From Candidatus Latescibacterota bacterium (lineage in GTDB: Bacteria; Latescibacterota; UBA2968; UBA8231): 64,000 bases of DNA. The notes under the pieces were generated by a model that worked only from the letters and a program-made list of their open reading frames with translations, was not told the DNA's origin and did not search any database. The stretch spans positions 4,640,001-4,704,000 of the forward strand of contig OZ242005.1 of the NCBI GenBank assembly GCA_965204725.1, read 5' to 3'. How positions within the stretch are numbered: position 1 is the stretch's first letter; every line of letters starts with the position of its first letter. Shown piece by piece: positions 48,540 through 59,837 of this stretch. Position numbers and translations under genes: made by a program.

Positions 48540-49106
48540 TCAAGCTAGCGGTTGCAGCCGCCCTTCTTTCGCCTCGTAGCCTGCGCCACATTCCCCACAG
48601 ACCAGATCATTGCCTAGCGTGACGCCGCAACGGCAGGCCCAGCCCGTCTGCCGCCCCGGTACGCCGGTTATCAGGGAGTAGGCCGGCACGTCGCGGGTTA
48701 CGACCGCGCCGGCGCCAACGAGGGCGTACTCGCCGATTTCGACGCCGCAGACAATGGTTGAGTTGGCTCCCAGCGAAGCGCCCTTTCGCACCCGCGTCTC
48801 TTGGAATTCGCGGCGGCGGTCGATAAAGGCGCGGGGATTGACGACGTTGGTGAATACCATGGACGGGCCGCAGAAGACCGCGTCTTCGAGCGTGACTCCC
48901 TTGTAGATCGAGACGTTGTTCTGTATCTTGCAGCCGTCGCCGATTACCACGCCGCGGTCGATATAGACGTTCTGGCCGAGATTGCAGTTTTGACCAATGT
49001 GCGCCCCGGGCATTAGGTGGCAGAAATGCCATATATGGGTCCCCGCGCCAATGGCAACCGGCTCATCGACGCACGCGCTGGGATGGACGAAGTATTCTTT
49101 TGCCAT
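48540..49106 (-). CDS. Hexapeptide-repeat N-acetyltransferase (WbpD-like)
   Basis: IWHF, CNLGQNV, KIQNNVSIY.GV, GPSMVFTNV.NPR, C-terminal CxC...CxxC. Confidence 0.92.
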   Translation of the reverse strand: MAKEYFVHPSACVDEPVAIGAGTHIWHFCHLMPGAHIGQNCNLGQNVYIDRGVVIGDGCKIQNNVSIYKGVTLEDAVFCGPSMVFTNVVNPRAFIDRRREFQETRVRKGASLGANSTIVCGVEIGEYALVGAGAVVTRDVPAYSLITGVPGRQTGWACRCGVTLGNDLVCGECGAGYEAKEGRLQPLA

Positions 49107-49195
49107 GACGATTGAATATAAATTGTCCCTATCTATTTACCAATGCACCGGTCATTTGGTCGGCGCATAAACCCTTATTCATAACGGAGGAAACC

Positions 49196-50155
49196 GTGAA
49201 ACTGGTCACGTACTCTGCCGCTGGCGAACAATTCGTCGGGGCCGTCGTAGCCGACGACTCCGTGGTCGTGGACCTCAGAGCCGCCGACCGCGCCTTGGCC
49301 CGCCAAGAAAAGCGCAAAATACATCCCTTCTTTACCGATATGCTGACCCTGCTCTCGGCGGGTGCCAAGGGCCTGCGTGCCGCCAAACAGGCCGCCGCGT
49401 ACGCCGAGGGCAAGGAACCCAACGGCAAGACCATCCACGCCCTCAACCAAGTCCGCCTCCGCGCTCCAATACCCAACCCGCGCAAGGTCTTCTGCTTGGC
49501 CGGCAACTACCAAGACCACATCGAAGAGGGCGGCGGCAAAATGGAGGCCCAAGACAAGGAAACCCCGCGCGTCTTTATGAAGCCGCCGACGACTACGGTC
49601 ATTGGCCCCGGCGACCGCATTCTCATTCCCCCGATTGCCAACAGCATCGATTGGGAAGGCGAGTTGGCCGTGGTCATCGGCCGCAAGGCCAAGGGCGTCA
49701 AAGCCGAGGACGCGCTCAAATACGTGGCCGGTTACACCGTTATGAACGATGTGTCCGAGCGCGAGTTGGTTATCAAGAAGCGCACCGATAGCCGCCCGCG
49801 CGACGAGTGGTTCGACTGGCTCAATGGCAAATGGCTCGACACCTTTGCCCCGCAGGGACCTTGGATCGTCACCCGCGACGACATTCCCGATCCGCAAGTC
49901 CTCGACATCAGCACGTACATCAACGGCGAGCGCAAGCAACACAACAACACCGGCCAGATGCTCTACCCGGTTGACAAGATCATCGAGTACATCTCGGCGA
50001 TTATTACCTTAGAGCCGGGCGACCTGATCAGCACCGGCACCGTATCGGGCGTCGGCGCGACCACCGGCACCTTTATGAAAAAGGGCGACAAAGTCGAAAT
50101 CGAGATCTCTGGGATCGGCGTCCTCAAAAACTCGGTCGCGGCTAGCAAGAAATAG
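49196..50155 (+). CDS. Fumarylacetoacetate hydrolase family protein
   Basis: NYQDH, FMKP, DWEGEL, NDVSER, GK..DTF.P.GP, LEPGD.ISTGT; GTG start after GGAGG. Confidence 0.93.
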   Translation: MKLVTYSAAGEQFVGAVVADDSVVVDLRAADRALARQEKRKIHPFFTDMLTLLSAGAKGLRAAKQAAAYAEGKEPNGKTIHALNQVRLRAPIPNPRKVFCLAGNYQDHIEEGGGKMEAQDKETPRVFMKPPTTTVIGPGDRILIPPIANSIDWEGELAVVIGRKAKGVKAEDALKYVAGYTVMNDVSERELVIKKRTDSRPRDEWFDWLNGKWLDTFAPQGPWIVTRDDIPDPQVLDISTYINGERKQHNNTGQMLYPVDKIIEYISAIITLEPGDLISTGTVSGVGATTGTFMKKGDKVEIEISGIGVLKNSVAASKK

Positions 50156-50158
50156 CCC

Positions 50159-51376
50159 TTGGACGCAGCATCCGCGACCGCGCGCGAGGAAGGCGGGTTG
50201 CTCAGCCGCGCCTTCCTCGCCCTTTGTTTGATTTACCTGCTCGATAGCTTCCTCTCCGCTCCCTTCCAAGCACTCTTTCCCGTTTATATCGAAGCCGACT
50301 TGGCGCGGCCCCCGTGGTTTACCGGCTACCTGCGCGGGCTGATGCTGCTCCTAGGCGGGATATTTGCCGTTGTGGCCGGTCGGCTCTGCGACCGCTTTGG
50401 CCGCAAGCCTACCCTGATGATCGGCCTCGTCGGCAGCGTGCTCACCGGCTTGGTTTTCCGCACCGCAGACCCGTGGGGGCTCTCGTGCTTGGTCTTGGCC
50501 ATGGGCGCGGCCAGCGGCCCTTGGTCCACCGCCGGCCAGAGCATCCTCATCGCCGCCGTCACCCCCGCTCGACTCGGTTTGGGCAGTGCCCTCTACTTTC
50601 TCAGCAATACGCTCGGCAGCGCGCTCGGCAACCTCTGTACCGGCTTGGTTAAGACCGCCTATTCCTTCGCCCAGATCGGCGCCGCCATGAGCATCGGCAT
50701 GGTCGCGGTAATCGCCCTAGCGCTGGTGCTATTGCCCAACGACGCACCCGCCCCCACCGCGGCCCAGACAGCGCGCCTCAATACGTGGGCGGCCTACCGC
50801 CCGCTTTTGGGCCGCGGCAATGTTCACCTCCTCCTTAGCCTGCGCCTGACCATCACCACCTTCTGGGGCATGGCGACGCTGGCACTGCCGCTGTTGATCT
50901 ACCGAGTAGGCCAGAGCGAGGCCCTCCCCGCGTACTTTGCCGCCGCTTCGCTGGTCGCGGCCGCTTGTTGCCAGCTCGGCGTCGGCTATCTCAACGACCG
51001 CTTGGGCCGCACCACACCGCTTATCGGCTCGGCGGCCGGCGTCTTCCTCAGCGCCTTGGGCCTTTGTTTTTTGCACGATTCCCTCGTCGGCCTCTTTGCC
51101 TGCGGCACTGCCCTCACGGCCACGGCTTGGGCCGTCTCGACGCTGATCCCCCGGCTCATCAACGACATCGCCGCTTCCGAAGAAAAAAACCGCCTCGTCG
51201 GCTTGGGCCATCTCGCTTGGAGCGGCTCGATGGTGGTCGGCAGCCTAATCGGCGGCTACCTGATCGAGATAAATGCCGCCCTGCCCTTCTATGTTGGCGC
51301 GGCCCTGAGTGCTCTCGGTGCTCTCGGTGCCTTGGGCCTCTGCCGCCGTCTGGACGACGCCGGGGTTACAGCTTAG
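50159..51376 (+). CDS. MFS transporter
   Basis: GRLCDRFGRK motif A, about 12 hydrophobic segments. Confidence 0.88.
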   Translation: MDAASATAREEGGLLSRAFLALCLIYLLDSFLSAPFQALFPVYIEADLARPPWFTGYLRGLMLLLGGIFAVVAGRLCDRFGRKPTLMIGLVGSVLTGLVFRTADPWGLSCLVLAMGAASGPWSTAGQSILIAAVTPARLGLGSALYFLSNTLGSALGNLCTGLVKTAYSFAQIGAAMSIGMVAVIALALVLLPNDAPAPTAAQTARLNTWAAYRPLLGRGNVHLLLSLRLTITTFWGMATLALPLLIYRVGQSEALPAYFAAASLVAAACCQLGVGYLNDRLGRTTPLIGSAAGVFLSALGLCFLHDSLVGLFACGTALTATAWAVSTLIPRLINDIAASEEKNRLVGLGHLAWSGSMVVGSLIGGYLIEINAALPFYVGAALSALGALGALGLCRRLDDAGVTA

Positions 51377-51385
51377 ACTAGGCGG

Positions 51386-52540
51386 ATGCAAAAACTCCGC
51401 CTGTTCCTCCTCACGCTCTCGCACTTTTGCGTTGATAGCTACGCCACGATGTTGGCCCCGCTCCTACCCCTGCTCAAGGCCAACTTGGGGCTGAGCTTGG
51501 CGCAGGTCGGGTTTTTGGGTTCCATCGTCTCTATATGCAATATCAGCCAGCCGCTCATGGGTTTGTGGGCCGACCGCATGGCTTGGCGCTGGCTGATCGT
51601 CGGTGGTTTGGCATTGGCGACCGTTTTCTCCCCGCTCATGGGGCTGGCGTCCAATTATCTGACCCTCGTCGCCATCCTCGCGTTGGGTGGAATTGGGGTC
51701 GCCGCCTTCCACCCGCAAGTCTTTTCGCTGGCCGGCGAACTCAGCGGTCCGCGCCGCTCCTTCGGCTTGGCGCTCTTTATCTTTGGCGGTACGCTGGGGC
51801 TGGGCCTAACGCCGCTGTGGGCACCCGCGTACACCAACTCCTTCGGGCTGGCCGCCCTGCCGTACCTCTCCGCTCCCGGCCTGTTGTTCCTCCTGCTCGT
51901 CTGGCGTGCGGTGCCGCTCGGCAACCCAAACTTCGCCCACGGCAGAAGTACGGCCCACTGGCGCAGTCTCGGTGCTCAGGCCGGTCCCCTCGTGCTGATC
52001 ACCGCCATCGTCGTTTTGCGCTCGGTATCGGGACTGGGCTTTGGCACGTTTTTGACGCTCATGGCCGAGGAGCGCGGCCTCGGGCTCGTCGCCGGCGGCA
52101 TCCCCTTGGGAATCTACAATATCGCCGGCGTGGTCGGTGCCCTCGCCGTGGGCTACCTAGCCGACCGCGTCGATCCGAAACCGCTGGTGTGGGGGTCGCT
52201 GCTGTGCTCGGTGCCGCCGCTCTACGCCTTCATCTATGCCGAGGGGATGCTGGCCAGCAACGTCCTGCTCTTTTTGGGCGGCGGTCTGTTGATGGCCTCC
52301 AACTCGATTATGGTCGCCTTGGCGCAGGAGTTTTCGCCGGAAAACTCAGGCTTGGTCTCCAGCTTGCCGCTGGGCTTTAGCTGGGGCTTGGCCAGCCTCG
52401 CGCTGCCGCTAATCGGCCATTTTGGCGACCAGATCGGCGTCGCTGAAACCTTGAAGTACCTAGCCTTGCTGCCCATATTGACGGCCGGCTTGGCCTTCTT
52501 CCTGCCCAGCCGCCCAATCCCAAAGGATGCTACGCCATGA
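51386..52540 (+). CDS. MFS transporter (Fsr-like)
   Basis: HF.VD.Y, QP..G.WADR, G.AAFHP, GYLADR. Confidence 0.9.
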   Translation: MQKLRLFLLTLSHFCVDSYATMLAPLLPLLKANLGLSLAQVGFLGSIVSICNISQPLMGLWADRMAWRWLIVGGLALATVFSPLMGLASNYLTLVAILALGGIGVAAFHPQVFSLAGELSGPRRSFGLALFIFGGTLGLGLTPLWAPAYTNSFGLAALPYLSAPGLLFLLLVWRAVPLGNPNFAHGRSTAHWRSLGAQAGPLVLITAIVVLRSVSGLGFGTFLTLMAEERGLGLVAGGIPLGIYNIAGVVGALAVGYLADRVDPKPLVWGSLLCSVPPLYAFIYAEGMLASNVLLFLGGGLLMASNSIMVALAQEFSPENSGLVSSLPLGFSWGLASLALPLIGHFGDQIGVAETLKYLALLPILTAGLAFFLPSRPIPKDATP

Positions 52541-53319
52541 GCTTGCTCATCTTAGACCCCGAGCAGAAGCAGTTCTTCGACGACAACGGCTACCTGCTGC
52601 TCAAAGGCTTCTACGGCCCGGCCGAGATGGAGCCGATGCGCTGCGAATTTCAGCGCTTGATGGTCGATATTGAAAACCGGCCCAAGAACGTCCGGTACTC
52701 CTTCATGGACGCGCCGGAAGGCTACTCGCCCGACCCCTTCAACCCGCACAATGTCGTCGGCATGATGGACCAGACGTTGGCTGGCGACTACTGGTTTGAC
52801 CAGTTTACCGAGCCGCGCATCGTCTCGGTTATGGTCGATCTCTTAGGCCCCGACCTCGATTTCCACAACGGCAAGGTCCGCAACAAACCCCCCGGCTTTG
52901 TCTGCACCCAAAGCTGGCACCAAGACTGGCCCTACGAGCGCCACACCGAGCCAGACTTGGCCGCGGCCATTACGTACCTCGATCCGAGTGGATTTGAGGC
53001 CGGAGCGACCGAAGTCCTGCCCGGCAGCCACCGCAAGGGCGAGTACCCCACTCTAGAAACCAGCCACACCATCCCCGACGAGCACATTCCCCCGGCCGAG
53101 TGCGTGGTCTTGGAGGCCGAGCCGGGCGACGTGGCCATCATTCACGTTCTCGTCGTCCACCGCGCCGGTCACAACTACACCCCACGGGCGCGCCACGCCA
53201 TCATCAACGAGTACAAAACTGCGGCCACCATCGACCAATGGGGCAACTCCTGCGCCTTTGCCGGCTTACCGCTGGCCCGCAATGGTGCGCTCCTGATGCC
53301 GCGCGTTTACCAAGGATAA
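52537..53319 (+). CDS. PhyH family Fe/2OG dioxygenase
   Basis: WHQD, LPGSH, VHRAG.N, R motifs. Confidence 0.9.
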   Translation: MSLLILDPEQKQFFDDNGYLLLKGFYGPAEMEPMRCEFQRLMVDIENRPKNVRYSFMDAPEGYSPDPFNPHNVVGMMDQTLAGDYWFDQFTEPRIVSVMVDLLGPDLDFHNGKVRNKPPGFVCTQSWHQDWPYERHTEPDLAAAITYLDPSGFEAGATEVLPGSHRKGEYPTLETSHTIPDEHIPPAECVVLEAEPGDVAIIHVLVVHRAGHNYTPRARHAIINEYKTAATIDQWGNSCAFAGLPLARNGALLMPRVYQG

Positions 53320-53348
53320 CCGGGGCCTTGAAGGACGCCCCACCTTGA

Positions 53349-55322
<1,974 letters not shown>

Positions 55323-55344
55323 GGGCCGTTTGAGCAAAAAGCAG

Positions 55345-55374
55345 TTGACACGGTTCTTGGGCGTTAGTCATATT
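55345..55374 (+). promoter_or_regulatory. Sigma70-type promoter
   Basis: TTGACA-N18-CATATT preceded by an A-tract. Confidence 0.6.
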
Positions 55375-55379
55375 AAACG

Positions 55380-55680
55380 CAAGACGGGTTCAGGGGCCAT
55401 AAAGCCTCTGTTGCCGCCACGCTGAGGCTCGAGGCTACGCGAGCGAGCCAGCCCGGCTTTGTAACTGGCCGCAACGACGCGCAGAGTTGGAGTATGGATA
55501 TGAGGCGCGCACAAGCGAAAGGAGGTGGTCCATTGAGTAGTAATTGTACCGCAGGGAGGTTGATCACTTGATCAACTCCAGGTGATTAACTACCTGGTCA
55601 GGAGCTATGCGGCCCCGGTCGCGTAACTTCTGAGAGTACAGCCGGGCGCATCCCATCTTAGCGGGTGCGCCCGGTTTTTT
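55380..55680 (+). ncRNA. Candidate structured small RNA / micro-ORF transcript of unknown family
   Basis: Bounded by its own promoter and terminator; several hairpins; 16-nt complement to the 16S rRNA 3' end at 55517-55532. Confidence 0.55.
55641..55680 (+). terminator. Intrinsic terminator
   Basis: GCCGGGCGCATCC...GGGTGCGCCCGGT stem followed by a T-run. Confidence 0.85.
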
Positions 55681-55751
55681 GTTCGCGTTGGGCTTGATTG
55701 GTTCCCACGCGGTGTTTTTGCCATATTGTCCGCAAGGAGAGGAGGCCGAGT

Positions 55752-56726
55752 ATGAAGCGCGTCGCTAAGCCCGCAGGGGCCTATAACATCGTGATAGAAG
55801 AGGTCGAGATGCCGGCTATTGCTCCGACCGAGATTTTGATCCGCGCCGAGTGTTCGCTAATCAGCCGCGGCTCGGAGATTTGGCGTCGCTACGTGCGCGA
55901 AGAGGCGATAGACCATCGCGCCATGGGCTACTCGCTGGTCGGTCGAGTCGCAGCGGTTGGCTCGGCGGTCGAAGAGTTCAAAACCGGCGACTGGGTCGCG
56001 GCTCTGGCGCCGCACGCCGAATACGTGGCGGTCGAAGTCGTAGCCAGCCGACACAAGCCGGCGGTCGTGTCCTTGCCGCCGGGCCTGTCGCCCGAGGCGG
56101 GGACCTTCTGGCCGTTGGCAACCAGCTCGGTCCTGTGGATGTGGGAGACCGGGGCCGGTGCGGATCACGTCGTGGTCATCCAAGGGCAGGGCTTGGTCGG
56201 CAGCGGTTGTATGCAGGCGGCCAAAGCGCAGGGCGCGGGGCGCGTCATCGGGATTGATGCGTTGCCCTTGCGCTGCGAGTTGGCGCACGAGTTGGGGGCC
56301 GACGCGGTAATTGACGCCAGTGCCGGCGACCCGGTCGCGCAGGTCTTGGAGCGGACGGACGGAGACGGGGCGGACGTGGTGGTTGAGGCCGTTGGGGGTC
56401 GGGCTGGGGCGCGCGCTTTTGCCGAGGCGCAGGACATGCTCAAGCACGGCGGCCTCTTGCAGGTGCTGGGGCTGTACGAAGAAGAGCCGCTGCCGCTTTA
56501 CTCGGGCAAAATCATGGGCAAGCGCCTCGTAGGTAGCTACCTCGACCCCGGCCTGCGGCCCCAAGGATCGGCCCGGGCGCTAGAACTGTTGGCTACAGAC
56601 CAGATCCAGTTCGCCAAGATGATCACCCACCGCTTCCCCTACACCGAAGCGGCAGCGGCCTTCGACCTGCTCTACAATCGGTTGGGCGAGACGATGGCGG
56701 TATTGCTGATGTGGGAAACTGACTGA
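55752..56726 (+). CDS. MDR (alcohol dehydrogenase-like) oxidoreductase, canonical zinc ligands absent
   Basis: GQGLVG nucleotide motif, GADVVVEAVG, ITHRF; SLISRGSE and GYS replace the Cys/GHE ligands. Confidence 0.88.
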   Translation: MKRVAKPAGAYNIVIEEVEMPAIAPTEILIRAECSLISRGSEIWRRYVREEAIDHRAMGYSLVGRVAAVGSAVEEFKTGDWVAALAPHAEYVAVEVVASRHKPAVVSLPPGLSPEAGTFWPLATSSVLWMWETGAGADHVVVIQGQGLVGSGCMQAAKAQGAGRVIGIDALPLRCELAHELGADAVIDASAGDPVAQVLERTDGDGADVVVEAVGGRAGARAFAEAQDMLKHGGLLQVLGLYEEEPLPLYSGKIMGKRLVGSYLDPGLRPQGSARALELLATDQIQFAKMITHRFPYTEAAAAFDLLYNRLGETMAVLLMWETD

Positions 56727-56730
56727 GGAG

Positions 56731-57438
56731 ATGACGATGAGTAGGAGCATAGAGAAGCTCTTTCGCGCCCCCTACGGGGTGCCCAATGCGCTGCAAGCCG
56801 TAGAAGAAGGGCTGTGGATTACCGACCAAATTACCGACCGAGTGGCACTGGTCGAAATCGCCGCGCCGTCTGAATACGGCGTCACCCGCCTAATCCGCGA
56901 TATTCCCAGCGAGTCGTCCAACACCAGCGGCATGGCTTGGGGCGGCGGTTCGCTGTGGTTGGCGGCCAACGGGGCGGGTACGCTCTGGCGGCCCGAGCGC
57001 CCCACGGACGCCAAGTCGGGGCAGGGCGAGATATTCGAGGTTGACCCAGATACTGGCGCGACCCGCAATCGCTACCCAGTGCCCGGCGGGGGCGGGGTTC
57101 ACGGAATGGAGTACGATCCGGTTGAAGCGGGCTACGTGTGGATCACCACCCTCAAGAACCAGACGCTGAGCAAAGTCAAGATCGCCGGCTGGTCGGTCGA
57201 GCACGTGCTGGACCTGCCCTACGGGCGGGCGCACGGCGTGGTGCGGGTTGCCGATGGTATCTGGGTCGTGCATACGTCCGACCGCGTGATCGTCAAGCTC
57301 GACGTGGAGAGCGGGGCCGAGTTGGATCGAGTCATGGTCCCCGACAGCGACCCCCAGCCGCATGGTCTGTCGATTTTTGGCGAGGATTTGGTCTATTGCG
57401 ACGCCGCCTCGGGGTGGGTCGCCAAAATCCGGTTGTAA
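56731..57438 (+). CDS. Hypothetical beta-propeller protein (Vgb/glutaminyl cyclase-like)
   Basis: Repeated PNAL/SGMAW/HGME/HGVV/HGLS blades each followed by LW/VW/IW. Confidence 0.72.
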   Translation: MTMSRSIEKLFRAPYGVPNALQAVEEGLWITDQITDRVALVEIAAPSEYGVTRLIRDIPSESSNTSGMAWGGGSLWLAANGAGTLWRPERPTDAKSGQGEIFEVDPDTGATRNRYPVPGGGGVHGMEYDPVEAGYVWITTLKNQTLSKVKIAGWSVEHVLDLPYGRAHGVVRVADGIWVVHTSDRVIVKLDVESGAELDRVMVPDSDPQPHGLSIFGEDLVYCDAASGWVAKIRL

Positions 57439-57443
57439 AAGGC

Positions 57444-57941
57444 ATGGCTGGAAAGTACTGGCTCGTCAAATGCGAACTCGACGAGTGCTCCTTTGACGAG
57501 TTGAAGAAGCGTCCGCAAAGCACGGGCTACTGGCGGGGGGTCCGCAACTATCAAGCGCGCAATTTCATCCGCGACCGCATGGAGGAGGGAGACTTAGCGT
57601 TTTTCTATCACTCCAAATGCGACGAGCCGGGGATCGCTGGAATCGCGACCATCACGAGAGCCGGCTACCCCGACCCCAGCCAGTTCGACGCCAAGCACCG
57701 CTACTACGACGCAAAATCCACTGAAGACGAGCCGCGCTGGTTTTCCTTCGACGTGCAGTGGAAGTGCAAATTCAAACGGTTTGTCCACCTCGCCGACCTC
57801 AAGGCCAACGACAAGCTGGTCGCCATGCAGGTGGTGCAGCGGGGTCAGCGGCTCTCGATTCAGCCGGTCGCCGAGCGGGAGTGGAAGGAGGTCTGCAAGA
57901 TGGGGGGCGTCCGTGCTGCTGTTCACGAGCTTGGACTTTAA
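57444..57941 (+). CDS. EVE domain protein
   Basis: YWLVK.E, W.GVRNYQARNF, FFYHS, YPDPSQFD...YYD.KS, RLSIQPV. Confidence 0.93.
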   Translation: MAGKYWLVKCELDECSFDELKKRPQSTGYWRGVRNYQARNFIRDRMEEGDLAFFYHSKCDEPGIAGIATITRAGYPDPSQFDAKHRYYDAKSTEDEPRWFSFDVQWKCKFKRFVHLADLKANDKLVAMQVVQRGQRLSIQPVAEREWKEVCKMGGVRAAVHELGL

Positions 57942-57958
57942 GAGCCGGAGGAGATCGC

Positions 57959-58972
57959 ATGAAAATTGCCATGTTGCACGGTCCGCGCGACTTGCGGATC
58001 GAAGATCTAACGCTGGACACGGAGCATTTGGCGGACGACCAAATTTGGGTGGAGACGGAGATTACGGGCTTTAAGATCGGCACGGACCGCGGCAACTACG
58101 AAGGCGCCGAACAAGTGCCCGGAGCACCGGATTTTCCGCGCTGGGTGGGCGATAGCAACCTCGGCGTAGTGCGAGGGGTTGGCCGCAAAGTAACCAAGTT
58201 CGCGGCTGGGGATCGGGTGGTGTCGCGGCATCCCCATCAGTCGGCGTACGTGGCGAGCGACCGCGAAAGCATCGTACCCGTACCGGACGGAGTTGCGGCC
58301 GAAGACGCGGTATTCGCCCACTTGTACGCCTTGAGCATGCATTGCTACACCAAGGCCTTTTTCGCGCCCGGCGAGACCGTGGCCGTAGTCGGGTTGGGCG
58401 TCTTGGGGTTAGGGGCGGTGGCGCTAGGCCCGCTTTTTGGCGCGCGCGTAGTGGGGCTGGGCAACAGCCCGGTGCGCTTGGACATGGCGCGTCAGATGGG
58501 GGCTCACGAGGCCCTGTTGTCGGATGATCCCGCGCTCGCGGCCAAGCTCGACGAGTTCACTCACGGGCAAGGGATCGACTTGGTGATCCTGACGGCCAAC
58601 CCGTGGCCGGCGTATCGCACGGCCCTCGAAGTAGTCCGGCCCAACGGGCGGGTGTCTATCGTCAGCTTGCCCGGGCGAGGCGAAGCACCGCTAAATTTTA
58701 ACCCGTTGGACATGCGCTGGTTTTACTTCAAGGGCATTTCGCTCTGCGCCGTCAACGACCGGGCCGGGTCGCTCTTCCCGCCGCCGGATGGCGATCGCTT
58801 TGACAACGACAGCCGTTGCGCCCACGTGCTCTCCCTGATGCAGGATGGCAAGCTCCAGCCGAGCCGCTTGGTCACGCACCGGCTACACTACTCGGACATG
58901 GTCCAAGCCTACGAAATGGCGTACCGCCGCGAGAAAAACATGCTCAACGTGGTATTCAACTGGAAGGACTGA
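57959..58972 (+). CDS. MDR family oxidoreductase, canonical zinc ligands absent
   Basis: LHGPRDLRIE, GLGVLG, GIDLVI, LVTHR. Confidence 0.88.
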   Translation: MKIAMLHGPRDLRIEDLTLDTEHLADDQIWVETEITGFKIGTDRGNYEGAEQVPGAPDFPRWVGDSNLGVVRGVGRKVTKFAAGDRVVSRHPHQSAYVASDRESIVPVPDGVAAEDAVFAHLYALSMHCYTKAFFAPGETVAVVGLGVLGLGAVALGPLFGARVVGLGNSPVRLDMARQMGAHEALLSDDPALAAKLDEFTHGQGIDLVILTANPWPAYRTALEVVRPNGRVSIVSLPGRGEAPLNFNPLDMRWFYFKGISLCAVNDRAGSLFPPPDGDRFDNDSRCAHVLSLMQDGKLQPSRLVTHRLHYSDMVQAYEMAYRREKNMLNVVFNWKD

Positions 58973-58978
58973 AGACTT

Positions 58979-59818
58979 ATGGAACTGCTGCCCACGACCA
59001 ATGCCGACGGGCTGGACGTCGTCCCGATGACCGAGGCCCAGAAGTACCTTTTTGACCTCAAGGGATTTATCCTCTTGCCCGCGCTGTTGAGCGAAGAAGA
59101 GCTGGCGACGATTCGCGCCCATCAGCATAGGTTTCTCTACGAGCGCGAGTCCCTGCCGCCGCACGAGCGCGACAATCACGGCGGCCCGGCGCAAATTTTG
59201 CTCGACCACCCGGCGGTAGTGGGCGTACTCAACGAAGTGCTCTCGCACCAAGCGTTGGCCAGCGAAGACTGCTATGGGTTCCGCTACGACCACACCTATA
59301 CCAGCCATCGCCAAGCTGGACACGACAACTTCGGCCCGCACGGCGGCGGCGGGTACTTCAACTTTCGCGGCAATTCGCACATCTATCAGATGCACCCAGG
59401 CAAAATCCATTCCGGGCTGACGCGGGTGGTGTGGGAGCTCAACGAAGTCGGCGCGGGCGACGGCGGTACGCTTTTTCTGCCGGGCAGCCACAAGGCCGCC
59501 TTCTCCCGGCCCGAAGCGCTGAGCCAGCGCGACAGTGCGCTGTGGGAGAGCTATACCTGCCCGGCCGGTTCAGCCGTGATTTTCACCGAGGCCCTGTGCC
59601 ATTCGGGTACGCGCTGGACCAACCAGCAGCGGGACCGGCTGAGCTTGTTCACCTGCTACGACACCGTCAATGCCAAGTGGGGCAAGGGCTGCCCGGAGGC
59701 CGAAGTGATCGCCTCGTTCCCAGAAAAGCGCCGCACACTCTTCCGGGGCGTGTGGCACGGGATGAGCGACGTGCCTAGCATCAACAAGTACTACGAAACA
59801 GCCAACCAAGCCGTTTGA
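58979..59818 (+). CDS. PhyH-fold Fe/2OG enzyme with HxG (halogenase-type) motif
   Basis: YLFDLKGF, PHGGG, VVWEL...DGG..FLPGSHK, FTEALCHSG, R. Confidence 0.85.
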   Translation: MELLPTTNADGLDVVPMTEAQKYLFDLKGFILLPALLSEEELATIRAHQHRFLYERESLPPHERDNHGGPAQILLDHPAVVGVLNEVLSHQALASEDCYGFRYDHTYTSHRQAGHDNFGPHGGGGYFNFRGNSHIYQMHPGKIHSGLTRVVWELNEVGAGDGGTLFLPGSHKAAFSRPEALSQRDSALWESYTCPAGSAVIFTEALCHSGTRWTNQQRDRLSLFTCYDTVNAKWGKGCPEAEVIASFPEKRRTLFRGVWHGMSDVPSINKYYETANQAV

Positions 59819-59837
59819 CCCGACGAAAGAATTCTGC

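Noticed and set aside
48540-49106. O-antigen or sugar-nucleotide biosynthesis cluster
   Set aside because: The WbpD-like acetyltransferase is solitary; no partner dehydrogenase, aminotransferase or glycosyltransferase adjacent
55517-55532. Possible 16S rRNA gene fragment on the minus strand
   Set aside because: Similarity is limited to 16 nt; flanks show no helix 44/45 sequence
55380-55680. 6S RNA, T-box or SAM riboswitch associated with metG
   Set aside because: It lies downstream of metG with its own promoter; I could not find T-box or S-box consensus or the long end-to-end 6S rod, though an Rfam scan is needed to exclude them
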